This document shows, piece by piece, positions 10,955 to 21,369 of a DNA stretch of 64,000 nt (its first letter is position 1; every line of letters starts with the position of its first letter). The translations under genes were made by a program, and so were the position numbers. Origin of the DNA: an uncultured Nitrososphaerales archaeon (GTDB lineage Archaea > Thermoproteota > Nitrososphaeria > Nitrososphaerales > Nitrososphaeraceae); the NCBI GenBank assembly GCA_963841565.1, contig CAWJCY010000006.1, positions 160,001 to 224,000 on the forward strand, read 5' to 3'. Below the pieces are notes generated by a model. That model saw only the letters and a program-made list of their open reading frames with translations. It was not told where the DNA came from and did no database searches.

Positions 10955-11185
10955 TGAATAAGTCGCAATATGTAACAACTTAAGTGACATTTTTTTTGGG
11001 TTCTAGGCAGATAGCCTTCTCTTAGGATCATAGATTTATGCTACCTGTAGATTATGATATAACCAATGCAGATTATGACTGCGGAGTTCAAAAAGTTCGT
11101 TAATGAATAATAAATTCATAAAGTGTAATTCAGAAATAGATGGGTAGCTAATTTTTTTCAACAATACATTTGAGGAAAATATGAT

Positions 11186-12232
11186 TTGACAAGCTACTCA
11201 GAATGTTTTGCAAGGACACAAGAACCTATTCATAGGAGAATTTGGGTGAGTATCCTATTGAGGATCAAACGGACTGTTTACATAATGAGGAAAATCCCTG
11301 AACCCGGTCCTAGCATGTTAGCAAGGAAATACTCTGTTACGATGAATAGAAGTTCGTTCTCACCTTCTAGAAAGGAAATCTTGAGAAATGTTGTGGGTAA
11401 AGATGCGCTACTTTGCAGCCTGAATGAGCATATCGACAGGGAGGTTATGAAGAATGCAGGACCTAAGCTTAAAGTCATTAGTACTTTAAGCACTGGACAC
11501 GACCATATTGATATAGTAGAAGCAAAAAAAAGGGGGATTTCTGTTACTTTCACTGGGCAAGTTCTTTCTGAAGCAACTGCCGATTTGACCTTCGCCTTAA
11601 TTCTTGCTATATCCAGAAAAATTGTACTTGCAGACAATTACATAAGACAGAAAAAGTGGAAAGTAGGATGGTCACCTGAACTTTTTCTAGGGTCAAATGT
11701 TTACGGCAAGACACTGGGGCTAATTGGTGCAGGGCGAATAGGTAGAGCGGTAGCCCGAAGAGCGAAAGGATTTGGCATGAATATCCTTTACCACAACCGC
11801 TGCCGGTTAGGAAAAATACTCGAATCTGAAATGGGTGCCAGATATGTAGATATGGATACAATCCTAAGAGAAAGTGATTTTCTTTCCATACATGCTAATT
11901 TAAACACTGAAAGCAGTAAAATGATTAACGAGTCAAAACTAATGCAAATGAAAAATACGGCCTACTTAATCAACACTTCTCGTGGTCAAGTAATTGATGA
12001 AAGGAGTCTTATCAAAGCACTAAAGAACAAGTGGATTGCTGGGGCCGCACTAGACGTTTTTGAATTCGAGCCATTAAAAGCTAATAGTCCGCTAATCAGA
12101 ATGGAGAATGTAGTGCTCTTGCCGCACATCGGAAGTGCGACATATCAGGTTCGCTCGAAAATGTCAGAAATTGCTGCTCAGAATATTATAGAAATTTTAG
12201 GGGGAAGAAAAACACCCTATATGGTCAACTAG
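11186..12232 (+). CDS. gyaR: D-2-hydroxyacid dehydrogenase (glyoxylate reductase-like); true start probably near 11258
   Basis: GLIGAGRIG NAD site, INTSRG, LDVFEFEP and PHIGSA motifs. Confidence 0.9.
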   Translation: MTSYSECFARTQEPIHRRIWVSILLRIKRTVYIMRKIPEPGPSMLARKYSVTMNRSSFSPSRKEILRNVVGKDALLCSLNEHIDREVMKNAGPKLKVISTLSTGHDHIDIVEAKKRGISVTFTGQVLSEATADLTFALILAISRKIVLADNYIRQKKWKVGWSPELFLGSNVYGKTLGLIGAGRIGRAVARRAKGFGMNILYHNRCRLGKILESEMGARYVDMDTILRESDFLSIHANLNTESSKMINESKLMQMKNTAYLINTSRGQVIDERSLIKALKNKWIAGAALDVFEFEPLKANSPLIRMENVVLLPHIGSATYQVRSKMSEIAAQNIIEILGGRKTPYMVN

Positions 12233-12562
12233 GCCAATCCTCTGGAGTCTGGCCTAACAATTCAAGGATTCCTTGGTTTAACTCCGTCAGTGACCTGGGT
12301 TATGCAACATATATTCAGTGTACTTCACAGCGCTAACGCTTATGCCTATAATTTTGTCATTGTGGCTGAACATATCATCAACTTTTGGAAGTCCAACTCG
12401 TCGGTTTACCATCATTACAACAGGTTCAGTACGTCCCTAAGTTATCCGTCAAACTGCGTAGCTACATGTAATTTCTCAGTACCATTAGCAGGAATCTTTC
12501 TAATGTAAATTTCTTACTCAAGCTAAATATACTAACATATATGGTTTTGATTATAATTCATC

Positions 12563-12733
12563 ATGATAAACTCAGCTGAAAGTGAACCAGAGTCATTAAT
12601 TGAAACTCCTGAAGAAAGAAGGGAACGATTCTTGCTCGAATTTGAAAAGCCATTCAAATGTGAAAAGTGTAATGAAAGATTTAAGAAAAAAAAGTATTTA
12701 AGAGAACACAAAGCCGAAATTCATTCATACTAA
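12563..12733 (+). CDS. C2H2 zinc-finger microprotein, 56 aa (below the ORF-track cut-off)
   Basis: Translated by hand: MINSAESEPESLIETPEERRERFLLEFEKPFKCEKCNERFKKKKYLREHKAEIHSY. Confidence 0.85.
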   Translation: MINSAESEPESLIETPEERRERFLLEFEKPFKCEKCNERFKKKKYLREHKAEIHSY

Positions 12734-12888
12734 GTGGCTATTGCGGCACCAGCCTTTTCGTAGTTTGCGTTTACCGATTTCTGCAAAAATTACCTCATTT
12801 ACGATCAGACAGAAGCGGCATTTTCACTGAGGACTAACATTGACATAAAAAATTAAATTAAATCTTGAGTGAACTACTATCATAGCTT

Positions 12889-13464
12889 ATGAAAATTTAT
12901 ACTAAAACTGGAGATCTAGGAGAGACAGGACTTATAGGCGGGAGGAGAATATCAAAGCATCATGAAAGAATAATTGCTTATGGATCAGTCGATGAATTAA
13001 ACTCAAGTGTTGGTTTAATCTTGGCAACTTTGCAATCTTCTCAACATGTCAACAGTTTCTCAGATTTTGTTAAGATTCTGTTGACGATTCAGAACGATCT
13101 GTTCATCCTTGGTGCAGATTTAGCCGATGATAGCCCGATTACCGATAACCGTTATGGAAGCCCCCGAGTAAATGAAGAAATGATAACCAAGGTTGAGAAT
13201 ACTATAGACACTTTTGAGCAGGAACTTGCACCAATTTCTTTCTTTATACTACCAGGCGGCAGTCTTGAATCCGGTCACATGCACCTGAGTCGAAGCATTG
13301 CCAGAAGATCAGAGATCTCAGTTGTAACCCTATCAAAAGCTGAGTCAATCAATCCTCTCGCGATAATTTATCTAAATAGACTTTCTGATCTATTTTTCGT
13401 TATGGCTAGAACAGCCAATAAGCGGCTTGGCATTCCAGATAGTGCATGGATGAAGAGACATTAG
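12889..13464 (+). CDS. pduO: ATP:cob(I)alamin adenosyltransferase, PduO type
   Basis: MKIYTKTGDLGET, YGSVDELNS, FILPGG and YLNRLSDLFF motifs. Confidence 0.95.
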   Translation: MKIYTKTGDLGETGLIGGRRISKHHERIIAYGSVDELNSSVGLILATLQSSQHVNSFSDFVKILLTIQNDLFILGADLADDSPITDNRYGSPRVNEEMITKVENTIDTFEQELAPISFFILPGGSLESGHMHLSRSIARRSEISVVTLSKAESINPLAIIYLNRLSDLFFVMARTANKRLGIPDSAWMKRH

Positions 13465-13858
13465 CTTTCGTCCTCTTCACCTTTGGCTCAATAGTCTGGC
13501 TTCAAAAAGATCATGGATTTTAGGTTGTGTTCTTAAGTTTAACTATACGTTTCAATACAATTAAAGTCCATTTAAATTGGTAAACTAAAACTAGATAAAA
13601 GGAATAGGCATGCCATATCTTTCTTAGTTAGTATAGTACAAAAAATATTAGTCTTGTATTCAACATAGTAACAGGGTAAAAATTCACATACTCTTGGAAA
13701 AGCCAAATGACAAATTTGTCCAAGTATAAAGCTCGGTTTTGAGTATGAGCTACGATGCCAGATGTTGAAATCAAAATTGATGGATTGCTAATTTTTGAAA
13801 TTTAGTCTGTTACATTCATGAGCGAAATCTTTTATTAGGCAATTGTAGGACAACATCG

Positions 13859-14428
13859 ATGGTGTTATTACCCGTTAACTATCAATTGTTGGCAAATTTC
13901 TTTAATTTTGTGATGGAATTGAAATCAATAAAGAGATCAGGATGGATCAGCAAGGTAAAAGTTAAGAATCCTGAATCTGTGGCAGATCACACGTATGCAA
14001 TGAGTACTATGGTCATGGTATTCTCTGACATATTAGGTATGCAGACAGAGAGAGCCCTGAAGATGGCAATCTTGCACGATCTGGGGGAATCAATCATTGG
14101 AGACTATGAACCAAACGAAATCTCTAGTAATGAAAAGAGAATCAAAGAAACTGAGGCAATCGATCGTATTCTAAATCACTTGCCTGCGGAAATACGTAAG
14201 GAATATGCAGATATTTGGAAAGAGTATCTTGAAAATAAGACTGATACGTCACAGCTTGTTCATGGAGTAGATAGATTCGAATTGGCTTTTCAAGCTAAGA
14301 CATATGAAAGTCAAGGATATCCGTCCAGTATACTTCAACAGTTCTTTACTTATACAATGGATGGTGAAGATGGTAACGATGTACTACTGCTTCTAAAACG
14401 TACTAAAGACGCTTCTTTTTCTGAGTGA
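13859..14428 (+). CDS. HD-domain phosphohydrolase (YfbR/HDDC2-like)
   Basis: LKSIKRSGW, ESVADH and ILHDLGES motifs. Confidence 0.9.
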   Translation: MVLLPVNYQLLANFFNFVMELKSIKRSGWISKVKVKNPESVADHTYAMSTMVMVFSDILGMQTERALKMAILHDLGESIIGDYEPNEISSNEKRIKETEAIDRILNHLPAEIRKEYADIWKEYLENKTDTSQLVHGVDRFELAFQAKTYESQGYPSSILQQFFTYTMDGEDGNDVLLLLKRTKDASFSE

Positions 14429-14647
14429 ATGTTTGTGAAATAGATCAGCTCATCTGGGACCATAAATAAATTATATTCAAACTTGTCTTATTAAATCTAC
14501 GATAATTCACGCGCTCTCAATATCGATTTTAAATTGCAATTAAATAATTACCAGTTCATAAAAGCAAATTCAACACAAGTATTGCAATGGTATTTGATAG
14601 CGACTAATGAAAACTTAAAATGAACAAGTAGATCTAAGTACAAACAA

Positions 14648-15928
14648 GTGGATAAAAAAATAGACCATGCCCAGGAAGTGGAAGTTAGGGGCCATCTAAT
14701 TGATTCGATGATCTTAGGCAGAATTCTAGATACCATAATGGATCTCAAGGGGGACTTTCAGATTCTAGAATTTCGTGTCGGCAAGAAAAAAGGAGAAGAG
14801 AGTACTTCGCGTCTTCTTATAATAGGGAAAGACAGGGACCATTTAGATATTTTACTGGAATCGGTGTACCGCGAAGGAGCACAACCGCTCTATGTAGATG
14901 AAGTTGTATTAGAAGCAGCCAGAAAGGACATGGTATTGCCTAATTCTTTCTATAGCACTACTAATAATCCAACTCAAATTTACTTTAGAAGCGCTTGGAT
15001 AAATGTAAAGAATATGATGATGGACAAATGCATCACATTGGACATTGAAAACAAGACAGCTCAATGTAAGATGATACGTGAGATACGAAAAGGAGACATG
15101 ATTGTCACAGGAGAGCAAGGAATTCGAATCATTCCTCAGGAACGTCCAAGAGAGGGAGTGGATATATTTCAGTTCATGAGTAGCTCGAGTTCGAGTGAAA
15201 GACCAACTCAACAAATCGCTCGAAAAGTAGCTTATGACATTTACAATACTAAAGAAAGATCTCATGGAAAAATAGTTGTAGTATCAGGACCAGTTATAGT
15301 TCATTCTGGTGCCTCGGGTGCCTTAGCACAGTTGATACGAATGGGATATGTCGATGGACTCCTTGCTGGTAATGCATTAGCAGTTCATGATGTCGAAAAC
15401 GCAATCATGGGTACCTCTCTTGGCATGCACGTAAGAGATGGAACTCTAGCAGTAAGAGGGCATAGAAATCATATGCAAGCTATAAACGAAGTTTTCAAAG
15501 CAGGATCATTAAAAAAAATGGTGACAAAAGGTGCTCTACGTAGCGGGATAATGTATGAATGCGTTTCAAAGAAAGTGCCGTACGTTTTGGCTGGTTCCAT
15601 TAGAGATGATGGTCCCATTCCTGATGTCGTGACTGATGTAGTCCAAGCTCAAAGTAGGTATAAAAAATTACTGGATAATGCTCGGATGGTCTTGATGTTT
15701 TCGACTATGCTTCATTCCATTGCAGTAGGCAATATGCTACCGTCATCAGTAAAGGTAGTTGCAGTAGATATCAGCCAACCCGTGGTAACAAAATTATTAG
15801 ACAGAGGCACAACTCAAGCAATCGGGGTGGTGACGGACGTAGGAACATTCCTGCCTATGGTAGTGGATCATCTGACACAGATCAGAACATCGAGCAGAGA
15901 CAAGCGGTCACAGTTTTTGCGCAATTGA
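14648..15928 (+). CDS. TIGR00300-family protein (LOR/SDH domain, ornithine cyclodeaminase-like)
   Basis: GHLIDS, FYSTTN, AGNALAVHDVE, LAGSIRDDGP and MLHSIAVGN motifs. Confidence 0.88.
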   Translation: MDKKIDHAQEVEVRGHLIDSMILGRILDTIMDLKGDFQILEFRVGKKKGEESTSRLLIIGKDRDHLDILLESVYREGAQPLYVDEVVLEAARKDMVLPNSFYSTTNNPTQIYFRSAWINVKNMMMDKCITLDIENKTAQCKMIREIRKGDMIVTGEQGIRIIPQERPREGVDIFQFMSSSSSSERPTQQIARKVAYDIYNTKERSHGKIVVVSGPVIVHSGASGALAQLIRMGYVDGLLAGNALAVHDVENAIMGTSLGMHVRDGTLAVRGHRNHMQAINEVFKAGSLKKMVTKGALRSGIMYECVSKKVPYVLAGSIRDDGPIPDVVTDVVQAQSRYKKLLDNARMVLMFSTMLHSIAVGNMLPSSVKVVAVDISQPVVTKLLDRGTTQAIGVVTDVGTFLPMVVDHLTQIRTSSRDKRSQFLRN

Positions 15929-16305
15929 CAGTTATTGGGTCGTTGAACTAGAATGACTAAGAGAAAAAATGATACAGTGGCTTACAAGTAATATTGTGCA
16001 ATGGACGCCGGGAAAAATCTTTAGTTGACTACGATGTATCCATCTGCAGAATAGATGCTTGACAATTAGTAGTTGTCGACTTTACCACGTATCTATCCCA
16101 ACTAGTTTTCTCACTAAATTCTACTAGCTCAGGAATAGTGATAAAATTACCCGTACATAGTAACGTTAAATATGGTCATGACATATTTAAGTAATGTGCA
16201 ACACTTATTCCTGTTAGAATTGTATTCATTAAGGAAAATAACCTCAACTATACAACTATCCATTCAAAGTGGGGAGAACTTATAGCAATAGGAGATTCAA
16301 ATGGC

Positions 16306-17340
16306 ATGGATGCAAGTAAAAGGAAGAGCATGAATTTAGATCTCAAACAGAGTATACAAGACGATACCAGTACGCGTTTCAGGAAGTCCCTGTACGAAGA
16401 ATTGTTGTACTATTTCAATAACTTGAAAATATCATCGGATGATCCATTGTATTCTACCTCAATGTCATATGTAGAGAAGGTATCTGTACGGGAGCTTCAA
16501 ATTCAGCCTAGTTTTTTGGAGGCAGTAAGAGTAATTGTTCACGCTGCAAGAGCAACTGGATATTATTTTAGTCCTTCTGAATTATCGGACATACTTACTA
16601 TCTCTGTGGGAGAAATAAGGAAGGGTCGGACTACAGATGAAAAGAACCTTCAAACATTTGATCAAGTCGTATTTAACATCTACAAGGATCTTAATGAAAA
16701 CTTTCAAAATTTCAGCGACTCCTTAAAGGCATGCTACCCGGAAATACTTGTGAATGTGATTTCCGTAATCCACAGTGGAAAAGATGCTTCGGGAGTACGC
16801 ATTGATTCGTATAATGCTGAAGCATATTATCGAACTAAGAAAGCTCAACAACACTTAGCACAATCCTTGAATTTGGATTTCTCTAAGGAGGCTCTACCTA
16901 ATCAGATACGTAAACCAGTCACTGAAAGAGTGATATCGGACAAAGGGCTAGTTGATAGTTTAGCCCAGATAACAGGAAGAACCACAGATTCAGTCCATGA
17001 CGCTCTTAAGGGATTGTCGGAGTACGACTTGAATAGCATCAAGGACCTAAGTAGCAATTACACCAAGCTAGAAAAGTACTATAACATTGCTGGAGACGAA
17101 AAGGAATTCAAGGAAAGAGCGGAAAAAGAATTGGGGAGGAAGTTATTGGATAGTCAGGTTCAGCATGCGATCCTGTCGGTGAGAAGATCAAAAATATACA
17201 TTGAGAACATTCTTGACGATAAATTCGTTCCTGATAAGTCTCATGGGATAAATCATGTTAAGCATAACCTTGAGTATGGATATCAACTGATAGGGATCAT
17301 CCAAAGTAAAAGAAAGAGGAAAAACCGGAGGGCAGATTAG
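16306..17340 (+). CDS. Hypothetical protein; possible TFB-like cyclin repeat near the N-terminus and HD-like helix at the C-terminus
   Basis: 344-aa ORF; domain similarity judged by eye only. Confidence 0.65.
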   Translation: MDASKRKSMNLDLKQSIQDDTSTRFRKSLYEELLYYFNNLKISSDDPLYSTSMSYVEKVSVRELQIQPSFLEAVRVIVHAARATGYYFSPSELSDILTISVGEIRKGRTTDEKNLQTFDQVVFNIYKDLNENFQNFSDSLKACYPEILVNVISVIHSGKDASGVRIDSYNAEAYYRTKKAQQHLAQSLNLDFSKEALPNQIRKPVTERVISDKGLVDSLAQITGRTTDSVHDALKGLSEYDLNSIKDLSSNYTKLEKYYNIAGDEKEFKERAEKELGRKLLDSQVQHAILSVRRSKIYIENILDDKFVPDKSHGINHVKHNLEYGYQLIGIIQSKRKRKNRRAD

Positions 17341-17654
17341 TCTTCTGTTCTTATCCTGGGACAATCAAGATAGATGAGAAATTTAGTGGCCTAATTCAAT
17401 CACAAGTTATTTGCGGCAATCGTAGCCAATTCAATTTGGAAATTGTAGATGGAACTTGCTTGAGCAGGACTAATTATAGTGTACGTTGATCGTGAATCGG
17501 ACAAGGCACTGGATTTGATGAGACACGGACACAAGAATAATTCTAAACAAGAATATTTTACAATGTAAGGAATAATAGGCTCGCAATTTATTATCAGACA
17601 TACTATGAATTGTTACTATTACAAGTGCTTAGTTCGAGTATGAACTTGTAACAT

Positions 17655-17978
17655 TTAAACCGGGAGTGACAATCGCCCTACGTACTCTTCAATTGCATTT
17701 TCTGACTTTATTTTAGATACTATACTGTTCTTTTCTTCTTCACTAAACCAATTTGCGAGACTCTTTGCGATTCCATTTTTGTCGCATATTACAATCATGT
17801 ATCCATTTGGTTCCTTTACAACTCCGTAAAGATTCTCTTCGCCTACTGGCTCCCATTGGTCGGCTTTGTTATCCTTTAGCGCTAAGGCAGGCATAGCATT
17901 TCCCGCATAAATCTTCAAGAAATCCTGGGCTGATTTGACCCTCTTTTCACCCATTTTAAGGGCGGTGAAATACTGCAT
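17655..17978 (-). CDS. Conserved hypothetical protein
   Basis: 107-aa ORF with ATG and an upstream TTTTTAAG TATA-like box. Confidence 0.75.
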   Translation of the reverse strand: MQYFTALKMGEKRVKSAQDFLKIYAGNAMPALALKDNKADQWEPVGEENLYGVVKEPNGYMIVICDKNGIAKSLANWFSEEEKNSIVSKIKSENAIEEYVGRLSLPV

Positions 17979-18675
17979 ATTTTAGTTCAATTTTGTTTCT
18001 CTTAAAAAGGTTTATGGTCACCGAGGTATGACCCCATGGATATGGGGAATCTAAGCACAGGCAGGAGCTCTAGAGTTTTCTTGAAATTTTCTCAGTTAAT
18101 TATGAAAATTGAAAAATTATTACCAATCAACTATTTTATGTTATCCGGTTCGAATAAGCGTTGCAGTTATCAGTTTGATATTTTAATTCATAACTTGCAA
18201 TGATACTATTCGGCTGAAATATTCACTTGCGACCCTTAAAGAGCATGATTCTTTTTGTGACATAATCTAGCAGTTGCAAAGTGCCTTACGATATCTTCTA
18301 CCAATACTGCAAGGTTCAAGGGGTCATGTCAACAGCATTATATTCCCTTTTTTGATATGTGCAATTGGTTGGCCTCAAGGTGCAGATCCATAATTAGTAA
18401 AAAATTAGAACTCCATGATCTTATTGATACCATCCCCCTAGAGGATTCAATCCCGCTTTTTCTTCTCTACTGAACGCGGTCGTGCAATTTCAACGTACCT
18501 AATCATATAAACCAAAGGGAACGGCACGATCTTCATGAAAAGCAGACATCCTCTCATACCATCTTGCAAAATACGTATTGGTCAGCGAGTTAATTGTCAT
18601 CATAAAAAGTTCATGAAAGGAAAAACATTCATCTGGTTCATTTAAGCTATCGCGTCCACTACGATCTATCATGGG

Positions 18676-19869
18676 TTATTGGGATCTAGATTTTATCCAT
18701 TGCCCTACTTTAGGCAAAACGTTATTTTGAGAATAACTGCTCGCAATAAGCCCTACATGACCAGTATGGAATCTCATCAAACGTTTATCTTTACTCGATA
18801 CCAAGTCATTCAACGCAGAGCTGGATGCCGGCGCAACTAAGTGATCCTCTTCAGCGACTATATTTAGTAGCGGAACTGTGATCTTAGAAAGATCTATAAT
18901 GTTATGATCATCTGCTGCGTGATTGTTCCTGCCTGAAATTTCTTTTATTCGCATTTCGTTTTTTGCAAGCAAGTTGTTTTGGTATATGTCCTTTATCCAC
19001 TGTCTAAATGTTTCACCTGCAATAGGGGGGGTGTCATAAAGCCATTTCTCGACTCCTAGAAAGTTCTCTACGAACTTTTTATTGTCAATATTTTGCACTA
19101 GGTTGATGTATTTGTTTACCCCCTGCTTAAAGGGTTTAAGAATCGAATAACAAGTGTAAAGTTGTTCAGAAGTAAAATTCCCTAAAGTATCTACAAGTTT
19201 ATCGACATCAATATTCTTGGCAAAATTTGCCAGGACTGTTGAGTCTTGATCGGCATCTATTATGGGGGCAATAGTCACTAGATTTCTAACTTTCTCCTGG
19301 TGTGTTGCTGCATACATTACTGACATCGTTGCACCAAGACAATAACCATGCAAAGTAACTTTTTCCACGTTTGTTTTTTTCTTTACAATTTCAACACAAT
19401 GGTCCAAGTAGTAATTCACATAATCATCAAAAGAAATGTATTTATCTATAGATGATGGAGCGTTCCAATTAATCAGATACACGTCAAACCCTTGGCGAAG
19501 AAGATTTTGGATCCAACTTTTTCCAGGCTGGAGATCAAGAATGTACGATTTATTCATTAGGGCGTATACGACTAATATTGGAGTCGAAAAGGTCTTATTT
19601 GTCATAGGCCTAAAATGTAATAGAGTGTAGTTTCTCGTTTCATGGAGTATCTCACTGGGTGTGGTCCCTACTTTGATTGTCTTACCAGCCAGGTGGAGCG
19701 TTTTTCGACATGTTTCCAAACGCTTTGAATAGTCTACTAGTTCCTGGGCGAAATCTAGAGACGAATCCGGTTCGGTAGTGAGTTGACCTCCATTAGATCT
19801 TGGCACTTTTAACGTCTCGTCACTGGGTTGAACTCTCTGTTCAGTGGTAGTTTCTTCCTGTTTGGTCAC
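18676..19869 (-). CDS. phaC: Class III poly(3-hydroxyalkanoate) synthase subunit PhaC
   Basis: PILVVYALMNKSYILDL, GYCLG (catalytic Cys), AEEDHL (Asp) and TGHVG (His). Confidence 0.93.
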   Translation of the reverse strand: MTKQEETTTEQRVQPSDETLKVPRSNGGQLTTEPDSSLDFAQELVDYSKRLETCRKTLHLAGKTIKVGTTPSEILHETRNYTLLHFRPMTNKTFSTPILVVYALMNKSYILDLQPGKSWIQNLLRQGFDVYLINWNAPSSIDKYISFDDYVNYYLDHCVEIVKKKTNVEKVTLHGYCLGATMSVMYAATHQEKVRNLVTIAPIIDADQDSTVLANFAKNIDVDKLVDTLGNFTSEQLYTCYSILKPFKQGVNKYINLVQNIDNKKFVENFLGVEKWLYDTPPIAGETFRQWIKDIYQNNLLAKNEMRIKEISGRNNHAADDHNIIDLSKITVPLLNIVAEEDHLVAPASSSALNDLVSSKDKRLMRFHTGHVGLIASSYSQNNVLPKVGQWIKSRSQ

Positions 19870-20129
19870 AAATATTCGCCTGCTTACGTAGCCTTCTCCT
19901 TCTAATTTTTATCGCTGAGATTTAAAAACTTATAGATTTTGTATTGAGGCAGATATAATACATTTAAGTTACAAGAACTTTTGAGCCGTGATGGGATTTT
20001 ATCGTAGGCGGTTGAAATCAAGCACTGTTCAAGACCTAGGCAGTTGAGGTTCCTGTGTCAAGCTAAAATGATTGACATCCAATTCGAGCACCCATTTGAA
20101 CTAAGTGATGTCTATAGCGACTGAAAATA

Positions 20130-21116
20130 TTAGAGCCATTCAGAAAGTACTGGATAATAGGCCTTACGTCTCGTATCATCCAGGCTATTTTTCTCTAGGA
20201 CTAATCCTTGTTCCTTAAGATCTTCAATGGCATTTTGAATTGTTCTCCTGGGTAAATGACTAATTCGGATCAATTCACTCTGTTCTACAGGGTATTTAGT
20301 TTTTATTATGTAGTAAATAAATTTGGACGCAGGACCACCTTCAGGATCCTTTCGAAAGTAGGAGACCCCGTACGCTGCTTTTGACATTAAGCCTCTTCGT
20401 TGTGTTTCAATAGACATGAGCAAATCTGGCCTAACTTCTGCCAAGTTTACGCGTTGTCCAAACTCAGCTATAAGAGCCGATTGTTGCGATTCAAGTGGGG
20501 CTTCAAAAACAAACGCTTTTGGAGGAAATTTTGATGTGAGTGCACCCATTAGGTGCCATTTCACTGCTCCACGTTCGTCATAAATTCCTACACCCATCCC
20601 TTCATTCGCCTCCAGTATAACCTTATTACTACCGAGCTTGATGCTTTGTTCAGTTCTTGAAAGAATCTGTTCAACGGTCAATTGATGCCTAGGATCCTTT
20701 CTTCCAATTTTCCAGAAGTACCGCATTTCCTTTGATTCAATAGTATTGACGATTTTTTCTTTTTCGTCCAAACTCAAATCACGATTGTTTTCGCTTATTT
20801 CTATAACGTCAATGCCCATTCTAGAGGCCTCAGTTACGAACCTCTCAAACACATTTTCGATTATCGCATACTCAGTCATTGTACTTCCCAACGACACTTG
20901 AACACCATGCTTGTGGTAAATCCCTATTTTCTTTTCGAGAATAATGTCAGGAATCAAAAGCGGATATGCTCCATAGATCTTCACCATATCTACTAACGGT
21001 GAAAGAGTTTCAATACCTTCGCTATCCATGCTAGGTAGCCTGTCAATCATGTAAGTTAGTCCTTCTTCTCGTGGTTTTTTCGAGTCGATTCGATCCTTTA
21101 TTATATCTTCAAGCAT
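20130..21116 (-). CDS. comA: Phosphosulfolactate synthase (ComA family) fused to a C-terminal wHTH
   Basis: KPREEGLT, VIEISE, FEAP and EFGQRVNL motifs; tail QSELIRISHLPRRTIQNAIEDL...DTRRKAY. Confidence 0.85.
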   Translation of the reverse strand: MLEDIIKDRIDSKKPREEGLTYMIDRLPSMDSEGIETLSPLVDMVKIYGAYPLLIPDIILEKKIGIYHKHGVQVSLGSTMTEYAIIENVFERFVTEASRMGIDVIEISENNRDLSLDEKEKIVNTIESKEMRYFWKIGRKDPRHQLTVEQILSRTEQSIKLGSNKVILEANEGMGVGIYDERGAVKWHLMGALTSKFPPKAFVFEAPLESQQSALIAEFGQRVNLAEVRPDLLMSIETQRRGLMSKAAYGVSYFRKDPEGGPASKFIYYIIKTKYPVEQSELIRISHLPRRTIQNAIEDLKEQGLVLEKNSLDDTRRKAYYPVLSEWL

Positions 21117-21369
21117 CTTATCTGAGAATATTCATTAGGCTCCTTTACCTATATTGAAGTTGCTTACTTGATCTATATGTTGATAATCGCCCAATAGAAT
21201 AATGCTCTAATGTGTACCCCAAAAGTCGCAAGAGATAGTACCTTAATGGTCCTGTTTATGTCAACCAAGTCATTCCAATATGTCATATCGGTATATCTTT
21301 CTTTGAATCAGGAGCAATACCAATTTAATGTGATATGACTCAAGTCGGCCTAAATGAAGAAAAGCTGTG

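Noticed and set aside
18016-18047. Two adjacent small hairpins (GGTCA/TGACC and CCCCAT/ATGGGG)
   Set aside because: Stems of only 5-6 bp that overlap each other; compatible with chance.
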